This document shows, piece after piece, positions 1-8,267 of a DNA stretch of 10,485 nucleotides. How positions within the stretch are numbered: the first letter of the stretch is position 1; each line of letters opens with the position of its first letter. This DNA is from Geosiphon pyriformis uo1. Lineage: Eukaryota > Fungi > Glomeromycota. Location of the stretch: positions 1 to 10,485 of the forward strand of contig JAAOMT010000780.1 in assembly GCA_016748015.1 (NCBI GenBank), given 5' to 3'. The notes below the pieces were generated by a model. It saw only the letters and a program-made list of their open reading frames with translations. It did not search any database and was not told the origin of the DNA. The position numbers and the translations under genes are program-made.

Positions 1-33
1 TTATCCTACTCCATTTCCCAACGCCCGAGTTAC

Positions 34-349
34 CTGTCTTAGTTGTTTCCATCAACGTATTTTGTAATTTTTGCATTTGCAACTCCCATCTATCTTTACT
101 CGTTCTTAGCTCGTTCTTGTCTAATTTTAGCTCCTTCACTTCTTCTTCTAGCTTTTGCATATCTTCTAACCACCAATTCTTTTCGCTTTCGTCCTCGTAC
201 TTCCTCTGTCTCAAATTCTTCTTCAAGTCATGTAACTCAACTTCCTTTTCACCCAGCTGCTCACCCTTCTCCTTCAGCTCCTCCACGCATCTCCTATACT
301 CGGTCGTAGCCACCTCTAATTGATGTTCGATTTTGTCGACACTAGCCAT
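34..349 (-). CDS. First coding exon (5' part) of a host gene encoding an E/K/L-rich coiled-coil N-terminus; gene continues beyond the left edge
   Basis: Manual translation from ATG at 349-347 (context AAAACACCATGG, strong Kozak) has no stop to the window edge: MASVDKIEHQLEVATTEYRRCVEELKEKGEQLGEKEVELHDLKKNLRQRKYEDESEKNWWLEDMQKLEEEVKELKLDKNELRTSKDRWELQMQKLQNTLMETTKT(GNSGVGKWSRI...). Probable splice donor CAG|GTAACT with GT at 33-32. Missing from the ORF track because there is no stop in the window. Confidence 0.75.
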
Positions 350-781
350 GGTGTTTTGCGTGTTTGTTATGGTTTGGGAAGATATGGCCTAATATATGTT
401 TGGTTCGTGTCAATGACGTTTCAGATCTTTGATTTATCAGTATAAATTTACAAACTCGCCTTTGTTAAATTATAATGATAATCAGAGTTTTTACCCCTGC
501 CGTATGTCTATATAATATAATTGTTTCTTTAATAATTATTGTATTGTGCAATATTCATTAAAATTATTTTTGTTTTGTTAAATTGACATTATTATTGTTT
601 AATATATTTTAATATTGAATAAAATTTGTTTTATTATTTTAAAGTAAAAATAATTGTAACTTTTAAAATTGGAAAAAATTAAATATAATTTAATTAAAAC
701 TTAAAATATGTAACAAAAATATTACTTACACATTTTTTGTATATAACCAATAATTTAAACTTATATTAAGCTATATAAATT

Positions 782-795
782 AAAAAAAAAACTAT
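782..795 (+). repeat. Candidate target-site duplication, left copy (A10CTAT)
   Basis: AAATT-A10-CTAT at 777-795 matches AAATT-A7-CTAT at 7554-7569, directly after the tail. Low-complexity sequence, so tentative. Confidence 0.55.
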
Positions 796-798
796 AAA

Positions 799-871
799 AA
801 AAAACTTCTTTCTCTCCTTTGTCCAAAATTCCCAAAAAAGAGTCAAAAGTTTTTTTTGAAAGAAGTTTTTT
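799..871 (+). repeat. 14-bp perfect inverted repeat (stem-loop) in the LINE 5' UTR
   Basis: AAAAAACTTCTTTC (799-812) is the exact reverse complement of GAAAGAAGTTTTTT (858-871); 45-nt spacer. Confidence 0.7.
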
Positions 872-940
872 ATCATTCAGTATGATAAATCAAAACCATT
901 TTTTGATTACGAGGCCACTGTTGGTTCTGTTATTGCTGTT

Positions 941-2734
941 ATGAAAAAGACTGCTAAAGTTTCTTGTTCTGAGAGTGGTTTTAAAGCGGTTGTATTAAGA
1001 AAAAAGAGGAAGGGAGGTGTGTTGGCAGAGGGTGTTGATAATGGAAGGGTTGCTGCTGAAGTTCCTGGTGTTTGTTCATGGAGTTCGGAGACTGGGGACA
1101 CTACTGAGTCTGAAAGTGTTGATATGGAAGAGAAGTGTCTGGTAGAGGAAACCAGCTTTGATTATGGTGAAGATAGAGCTCTGGCTGGTGAAGATTATGA
1201 TCAAACGCCCAAGAGTTTGAAGGTTAAAACCAAAAAGGCATTGGGTAAGCCATTGGGAAAGATTGACTTCTCAAAAGATGATAGTGATGATGGTGTTTTC
1301 TCGAATGCTCCTCTTAAGCTCCCTTCTTCTGTGAAATATTTGGTTAATGTTCCAGTCAGGAAATCATTCACATTGGATATTGGCTTGGATAAAGTGGCCG
1401 GCAAATCTTCTCAGGAAAAACTTGTGGTGGTGAGGAAGTTGTTTTCTGGAATCAATGGTTTTGGGGGGGCATCTACCCCCTCAAAATTCTCAGGGATCAT
1501 CAGAGTGACATTCACTTCCAAATCGAGTCTAATGAAAACTACTGATAAAGCTATGAGTGCAAAGATCTTAGTAAACACTGATCTCAAAAAAGCATCTGGG
1601 TGATCAGATCGGGCTGTGGTCGTAAAAGAAATTCCAGTTGGAACATTGGCTGAGGCTGTGCACGCTGTGCTATCCGAGTTTGGAGTTATTAGAGTGATCA
1701 AGATGCAGTTAATCGGGCTGTGACAAAAGACAGTGGTGGAATTCAAACAATTGGATCAGGCTGATTTGGTTGCAACTGAGTGGTCCATCTTAATCGGGAA
1801 AGATGCTGTACGTGTGGCTAAGGCTGATTCAGACAAGGAGACATGAAATATAAGAGACTAACATAGAGCGCTGCTTTATACATTGCCAATGAGAACCAAT
1901 GCTCATGATATTTGGGACTTTGTTAGATCTGTGGGTGGAAAAACGTGCATCATTGATTGTCATTCTGTTATGTATGCTCGGGCCAAGTGTGCTGTTGTTT
2001 GTTTCGACTCTGCTGAATCATTGGATGCTGCTGTAGAAACCACGCCAGTACTCAGAAACACCAATCTCCACTGGTCTTGCCTTATTTCTGCTAGATGCGC
2101 CAAGTGTGAGAAATTGGGTCACACGTCATTGGGTTGTGCAGTTGGTGAGAAATTGTTTTCTAGTAGTTTACTGTGTAGGGTTTTCTCGGATACAAATAAA
2201 AGCAGGCTGGCAATCATCTATGCCAAACGCTCGGCTCTGGTTGCCCGTCCAGTCTCTTTTGGTGGTCTCTCTTGGGCAAAGGTTGCTCATGGGTCTTTTT
2301 CGCTCCTTCTTTCTGGTCAGAATGTTGTGGTAACCAATGGCTCCTCTTCGGAGATAAAGCCATCCCAACTGGTTATGATGGAAGTCAACAATAGGTTCGC
2401 CACTCTTGAGTGCAGTCTCGCCAGCCTCGCGGAGCAAGTTAGTAAGCTGGCTAAGAGGTTGGATGCACTCAAACCAATGGTTTCCCAGTCTAGCCCTGGA
2501 TGTCAGCCATTGGTGACCCCTTCATCACAGGATCAAGAGGCGGATGTAGTGATGAGTAAGGGTTTGAGTGTGTCCACTAGTGGTGGGAATGTTGCGGGAG
2601 TGGTGTCTTTTGATATGTCTTCAGTGTCTAAGCTGGAAGACAGCATGAAGTGTCTAATGGAAATGGTTCTGGGCCTTTCGGCCAAAGTAGATAGTTTAGG
2701 TGTGCTTTCAGTATCTCTACCTCTTACTCAATAA
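941..2734 (+). pseudogene. LINE ORF1 (gag-like nucleic-acid chaperone), ~597 codons, four in-frame stops
   Basis: Track ORFs 941-1603 and 1883-2734 share a frame; the gap reads *SDRAVVVKEIPVGTLAEAVHAVLSEFGVIRVIKMQLIGL*QKTVVEF...KET*NIRD*HRALLYTLP with stops at 1601, 1721, 1844 and 1859. Contains RKKRK (998-1012), RRM-like segments, CX2CX4HX4C knuckle (2096-2137) and heptad repeats. Confidence 0.88.
2096..2137 (+). other. CCHC zinc knuckle of ORF1 (CAKCEKLGHTSLGC)
   Basis: Exact C-X2-C-X4-H-X4-C spacing typical of gag-like retroelement proteins. Confidence 0.9.
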
Positions 2735-3423
2735 GCAGTTTAGTCTGGAAAGTTGCTACGTGCAATATCAGGGGCATGAACAATTCCGTTAAGCAAGAAG
2801 ACATTATTAGATGGCATAAGGAAATAAACAATTTAGTCTCTATCATTACTGAAACGAAATTAAAGAGTAGGGTTTGTCCATGGATTGCAGACAAGTTTGA
2901 TAGTGTCCGAGTGTTCTCTTCTGGTTTGGACTCCAGTCACTTGGGTGCGAGTGTTGCTGTTATTATAGACGTTTCTTTGGCTCATCATGTGTGCAAGGTT
3001 TCTGAGGTGCCTGGTTGGCTCCTTTCCATTAAATTACTTTTTAAGAGTAAACTTTCTGTGTCAATTTTGGGGCTTTATGCTGGTGCTTTTTTGGTGGTTT
3101 GGTTCTCTCAGGCTGGTGAAATCAATTCTCTCATTGCAAAGACTGTTAACGAATCTTCTTTCATCATTCTCGGTGGCAATTTTAATAAAGACGGCTCTCA
3201 TAAAAGTGCAAGTTTCAAAAAATGCTTTGATTTGGATCTGGTCAATTCTTTAGTTGGTAGCCCAGCTGCAAAAATGCCCACTTGGGAAAATTCTAAGAGT
3301 GTTAAGAAAACAATTGATTATGTGTTTGTCTCCTCAAGTCTTGTCAATGCGATAGTGCATTGTGAAGTTTTGAATGTCAGTGAGCATTTTGACACGGACC
3401 ATCAAGCTGTTTCAGTGAATTTG
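2731..3423 (+). other. APE-type (exonuclease/endonuclease/phosphatase fold) endonuclease domain of ORF2
   Basis: Motifs VATCNIRG, IITETK, ILGLYA, ILGGNFN (GDFN with D>N at 3178), PTW, TIDYVFVS, DTDHQAV (3391-3411). Confidence 0.9.
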
Positions 3424-4290
3424 GGTTTGGGCAGGCTCTTGGATACGCATTTGAATTCTTTTTGCAAGCAAGCAAATAAAGATCATTGGAAGTTTGACAT
3501 CAAAAGTGCCAATAAAGCTAAGTGGTTGGAATTCAGGGAGGCCTCAGCTGCTAATGTTTCTATGTTCTTGGATGCTTTTGGTGTGGCAATGAGATTTTCA
3601 GATGTGGACGCTATGTGGAGCATTGTTTGCAAGATTATGGTTCTTTCAGCGGGTGGTACATTTAAGAAAAAATGGTTCAAAGGTTTTGATGGCATGTTCA
3701 CCAAGACTTCTTCTAGATTTCACAAGCTGGAGCTGCTGGTTTTTAAGTTGGTCAAGGCTTTGCGTTTGGCTTCTGGTGATGGTTTTGCTTCTTTGTTGGA
3801 GATGTGGCACAGTCTTGACTTCTCTGGTGCATTGGTGGTTAAGTCTCTTTTTCTTTCAGGTTCTAATTTTGATCTTATTTGTTCTGTGCTGGCCAAAGCA
3901 AGAAAATCATATTGCTCCTTCAAATTAGTGGAATCCAAGCACGCTGAGGAATCCTCAATCAAACAGGCTATTGGTAAGAGGATGGAAGGTTTTGAGCTGA
4001 ACAAGGGTCATACCATTAGGAGTGTTTTGGAGTGTCTTTTTCACAAGGTGGTCCTGGATCATTTGGTTGTAGAAGATGAGTTGATTTTGGAGCCTGATTT
4101 GGTTAAGTCTAAGGTGGAGAAAATTATGGAGGGATGGACCAGAAAATGTGAGGTGGTGTCTGATCTATCTAAGGATTGGGCTCGTCAATATCGGTCTTTA
4201 GATTACGTGTTCGATGGTGCTTTCTCTGATGTCATGTATTCGATTAGTTTTGATGAGTTGTCAGCTGTTGTTAAGGATCTTCCTGATGGA

Positions 4291-5260
4291 AAAGTAACTG
4301 GGCTTTCTAGTATCTCCAATGAATTATGGAAACATTGTGACAAATCTGTTTTGGATATGCTTTTGGTGCTCTTAAATTTCTGTTTGGTTAGCAAGTCAGT
4401 CCCTGGGCCTTGGAGAGAAGCTTGGGTTTCGATAATTCCTAAATCATATGAATGGAAGGGAGTTCTCACGAACACCCATCCTATAGCTTTAATTGAAACG
4501 GCCTGCAAGATTCTCTCCAAGATCCTTTCGAATAGGATCTCTCTGGCTTACAGCACTTTTGATGTTCTTCGTGAGGACAATTTTTTGGTTTTGAAGGGTA
4601 CAATGACTCAATCTCCTATTTTTGCTATCAGTTCTGTGGTTGAGGATGCCTTGGAAAAGAACCATGAACTTGGCTGGTTTTACAGAACATGCGCAAGACT
4701 TATGACTCAGTTGGTTGAGAACATCTTAGGAGGAGTCTAGTCAGAATCAAAATGTGTGACAGGTTTATTAGATTTTTTGGCAGTATTCACAATGGTTGCA
4801 TCAACAGAGTGATGACCGATTTTGGCTTGACTGATAGGTATTGTGTCCATGATGGGCTGAATCAGGGAGAAGTTTTCTCGCCTCTTCTCTGGCGTATTTT
4901 TTATGATTCACTTTTGTGCGAGGTCAAAAGACAGGATAGTGTGTATGGCTACAGGTTGAATTTTTATTTCATATCAAGAACTGGCCGGGTGGATCCTCAA
5001 GCTGGGCTGTCTTCATTTCTTGCTGCTGGCGCTTTTGTTGATGATACTATCTGAGTTGGTAGCAGCCAGGCTGCTACACAACGCATCCTTGATGTTGCTA
5101 GTGAGTTTTTTAGGTTTAACGATATTTCTGTAAATAATGACAAAATGGTGGCCATTCCCATCAATTGCCGGGTGCTGGATCCTCATTTGACTATCAGTGG
5201 TGCACCTATTTCCATTGCCAAGAGAAAGAAATCTCATCACTATTTGGGTATTTTTTTGTC
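4291..5260 (+). other. Non-LTR reverse transcriptase domain of ORF2 (disrupted)
   Basis: KVTGLSSISNELWK, IIPK, HPIALIETACKILSKIL, LQNMRKTYDSV (DxxKAxD motif, shifted frame, D>N at 4686), GLNQGEVFSPLL (4854 on), AFVDD (FVDD 5034-5045, YADD equivalent), YLG (5241-5249). Confidence 0.92.
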
Positions 5261-6128
5261 TTCTGAGGGTCTTTCGAAGCCTAGCTTGGCTAAGGCCCAG
5301 GCTGATGTACGGTTTTTTGTGAATCTTGTTTTGAGAAAGGTGATTTCAGACAAACAGTATGCATATTTGGTGTCTGCAGTTCTCTTCCCTATCATCAGCT
5401 ACAGGATTCAGTTCAGTTTCATTTCTGTTGGTGTTTGTAGTAAATGGGATGCTCTGGTTTGCAAGGTCTTAAAGTCCAAGTCTGGATTGCCACGTGATTT
5501 CCCCAGTGATGCATTTCATCACCCCTCTTTGTACAATTTAAAAACTTTCGAACAGATATAGGCTGAGAGTAAATCAGCCTTCATTGTTGCTTTTGCGAAT
5601 TCTACTGATGTCTTGGGTCGCTTGTTTTCTCATAAGTCTCATGACCTCCAGGTTCTCAGCTGGCATCTTCATCATCCTTTGCTGTTTCCGACTCATGTTG
5701 GTATCAGTTCCTCGGATAATTTTTTGGCGGGTGTGGTTCGCATTTTTTCTGGGTGTGATTTGTCTTTGGGAGGCCCTCTGGATTGTCCTTTTCGTCGTCG
5801 GTGTGGTACTCCTATGTCTTTGGTTCTTGGTGAATCCTGTTTTTTCAAGTGCATCTCTTCGCTCAGACGTTATGGAATTGCTTTCGTGAAACAGCTTCGT
5901 GACCGTAATGGTAATGTTTTTAGTTGGAGGACCTTCAAGCGCTGAAAGAGGCTGGACTCTCGTGGCCCAGTCCCTTTCTGGTTTGATCTTTCTGTTCGCT
6001 TTCTTGGTGGTGTTGTTCCTCTCTCCTCAAGTTCTTCTTTGGTAGATAGTCATGCTGTGTCTGATATTTGTTTTTCTCATAATTTTGGTGTGATTTGTGA
6101 CACTTTGCTGACCATTGTTGCTGCCCGC

Positions 6129-6525
6129 CTTTCTGTGTATATGGATGGGTCTCTTTCTGGTCTGGGCACTGTTGACATGAGAGCAGGTACTGTCATTTTT
6201 TTTGAGGACATTAACTTGGGTTTGGGTGTTGGGGTGTCTGGTTTGGTTTCTTCTACTCTGACAGAACTGCAGGCCATAGCTTTGGCCCTTGAGTGTGTTT
6301 CTTTTTCTCGTTTGATTGACTTGTTCTCGGATAGCCAGGCTGCTTTAGATGCATGTAGGTTAGAGTCTTTGCTGGTTCATTCAGATTTCAGAAATCGCTG
6401 TTGGATCGAGCGTCGTCACATTGCCACCATCATTCATCAAAAGAATTTGGATGTGAATTAGATTAAGGTGAAAGGTCATTCAGATGTCTCAAGCAACATG
6501 CATGCTGATGCGCTTGCCAAGGGTA
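6129..6525 (+). other. RNase H domain of ORF2
   Basis: Catalytic set D (YMDGS, 6144), E (TELQAI, 6264), D (FSDSQ, 6330), H (KVKGHS, 6477), D (NMHADALAK, 6507); interrupted by TAG at 6459. Confidence 0.92.
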
Positions 6526-6875
6526 CTGCTCTCTTTACTTGGCGCCTACCTCATTTAGTCAGTGAATATTTTTTATGTGCTGGTGGTACGGCAGTTTCTG
6601 GTTATTCTAGGCACTTTGTTTGTGATGTTTTCCAGTCAGTTTATCGAGCTCGTTGGGAGATTAGAGTGGGTTCTTGTTTTGTGGATGATAGTTTGTGTGC
6701 TGATGTCAACTGGTCTAAGTCTTCTATGGTGTGACACCCCAATTCTCACTTGGCATTCAGTTTTACCAACATGCGCACAGCGGGATGTTGTACTTACTTT
6801 ATGAAGGCTCTCCATTATCAGCTTCTTGTTGCTGTGCACAAGCATTTATATGATAGGAGTTACCCCAGTGTGGTC

Positions 6876-6923
6876 TGTCTGTTTTGTGGTGATGTTGAGA
6901 CTTCGGATCATGTCTTTTCGTGT
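6876..6923 (+). other. C-terminal Cys/His zinc-binding motif of ORF2 (CLFCGDVETSDHVFSC)
   Basis: C-X2-C-X7-H-X3-C with the E-T-x-x-H pattern typical of LINE ORF2 C-termini; conserved in copy 2 (CLFCSDIEVSDHIFSC). Confidence 0.85.
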
Positions 6924-7418
6924 CCTCAGGATGCCATTGGCCATGCTCATTTGTTGGGTGCACATGTTTCAACTTGGAAGGCTCTTTCTGGCCTTTCTCG
7001 CTCTTCTTCATGTGTCTTACAGGCCTTGGCTTCTTGTGTTTCTGAGGTTGGAATTGGTGTTGCTCTGTGTAAGGGTTTTGTTTTCGATGAATGGTTTCGT
7101 GAGTCTGTCTTGGTCTTTAAAGATTCTAGGGAGGGTGCTAAGAGGATTGTAAGCTTTGTGCATGAGTTTTGTCTAGCATTTCGGGATGATGTTTGGTTGG
7201 TCCCGGCCAGACACCGAGCATTTATGGAGAAGCACGGTTTGATTCCACGTGATGGCTCCGCTTCTGCTTTGGTTTCTGGTTTGCCTAAGGTGTTTTCGGC
7301 TGGTGTGGTCAGATTGCTGAGGGTGGCTGAGGCTTTTGGTGTTGGTTTCGGGTTTCATAAGTTTTGTCCATTTTTTTCAGGTATTAGAGATTCAGTTTCT
7401 GTGCATATAAGTGTATAG

Positions 7419-7530
7419 TGTAGTCCTGACTGGCCTGAGTGGCTGGTCACGTGTAGAAAGCGCATGATTCACACCTAGTTTAGATCATTTGTATGATGTA
7501 TAGCATTAGGTCGCATTTGGACCTCACTCA
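7419..7530 (+). promoter_or_regulatory. Conserved, structured LINE 3' UTR (copy 1)
   Basis: 84/96 aligned positions identical to 9974-10069 (manual count, excluding a 21-nt indel at 7455-7475); several hairpins are retained in both copies. Confidence 0.7.
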
Positions 7531-7569
7531 TTAAAAATAAAAAAAATTAAAAAAAATTAAAAAAACTAT
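7531..7569 (+). repeat. A-rich 3' tail of copy 1, ending in the right copy of the candidate TSD (A7CTAT, 7559-7569)
   Basis: TT-A5-T-A8-TT-A8-TT-A7-CTAT directly after the 3' UTR; includes ATTAAA (7530-7535) and AATAAA (7536-7541). Confidence 0.8.
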
Positions 7570-8267
7570 TTGTTTTTATTTTATTTAAGTATTTAATAAT
7601 TTTTTATACTTATTTAATTTTTTATTTTAAATATATTTTTATATTTAAGTTTTAATAATTTTAAATTAATATTTTATATTTTTTATAAAATTATTAATTA
7701 TTTATTTTAATACAAATTTGTTTGTAACTATAAAACTAATTGGTAGTTTAGCTGGAGTTGTGAATACTAAGAAAAATAAAATAAAATACTGTTTTAACAC
7801 AAAAAAAATCAATATTATCAGAAATTTTTCTATCTTTTTTTAATGTTATTAATATTGTTTTGTTGTTAATTTTGCTATTGATAAAAGTTAAAAACTTTTT
7901 AATAAGCTAATTTTTCTTTTAAAATATTTTTTTATACTTTAAATTATATATATTGTTAAATTTATAATAGAATAATTAATTTTATACCAATTATTTTGTG
8001 TAATTATTTTGTAGTAAAAGTTAATTTTTTTTTAAAAAATCTTATTTGTAAATTTTCTAAATAATGTGTAATTATTTTATTATATAAATTAATTCTTTTA
8101 CAAGAAATTTTAACTATAAGTTACTTAAATAATATAAAATAAAAATATAAAAACTAAAAAAAAATAAAAAATATGTTCAAGAAAATTATTTCAAATTCAC
8201 ATCTAAAAATATTAATAATTATTAAAATTAATAGTCAATAATTTTAATAATATTAATTTGAAATAAA
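7570..8267. other. Extremely AT-rich non-coding spacer
   Basis: Almost only A/T, no ORFs; similar composition at ~500-795 and 10096-10485. Confidence 0.7.

Larger units (their letters stand above)
2731..7418 (+). pseudogene. LINE ORF2 polyprotein (APE endonuclease - reverse transcriptase - RNase H - zinc motif), ~1560 codons, one frameshift and six premature stops
   Basis: One frame from 2731 to ~4670, a 1-nt deletion (GAACTTGG where GAACTTTGG is expected), then one frame to TAG at 7416-7418 with internal stops at 4716, 5052, 5559, 5943, 6459 and 6732. Domain motifs are listed in the sub-features. Confidence 0.93.
796..7558 (+). mobile_element. Apparently full-length, inactivated non-LTR retrotransposon (LINE; APE-RT-RNase H type), copy 1
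   Basis: Order is 5' UTR, gag-like ORF1, ORF2 with APE/RT/RNH/zinc motif, 3' UTR, A-rich tail. No LTRs, protease or integrase. Flanked by candidate TSD A(7-10)CTAT. The 5' boundary is inferred from the TSD. Confidence 0.93.

Noticed and set aside
43-323. Plus-strand ORFs 43-309 and 117-323
   Set aside because: Ser/Phe/Leu-rich antisense shadows of the minus-strand coiled-coil gene; no ATG start.
4660-4740. Programmed frameshift within ORF2, and C-terminal GWFYRT...LGGV of the 654-aa ORF
   Set aside because: No slippery heptamer; a simple 1-nt deletion just before a core RT motif, so that tail is out-of-frame sequence.
1721-6734. Alternative genetic code (TGA=Trp) suggested by six TGA codons at Trp positions
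   Set aside because: TAG and TAA stops, frameshifts and catalytic D>N changes co-occur, and copy 2 has TGG at the homologous sites; mutational decay explains everything.
2731-7418. Prokaryotic RT system (retron, DGR, group II intron, CRISPR-RT) or LTR element
   Set aside because: APE plus CCHC ORF1, A-rich tail and 5' truncation are diagnostic of a eukaryotic LINE; no LTR, integrase, array or TR/VR pair, and inter-copy differences are not adenine-specific.
7419-7530. Hammerhead or hairpin ribozyme, or tRNA-derived Pol III A/B boxes, in the 3' UTR (CTGA...GAAA; AGTCCTG; TGGCCTGAGTGG...GATTCACACC)
   Set aside because: No CUGANGA core; the GAAA and B-box-like segment are absent in copy 2, AGTCCTG is not conserved, and box spacing and cloverleaf do not fit.
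7794-7869. Imperfect inverted repeat TTAACAC...CAATATTA / TAATATTG...GTTAA (possible MITE)
   Set aside because: Gapped, low complexity and expected by chance at this AT content; no TSD.
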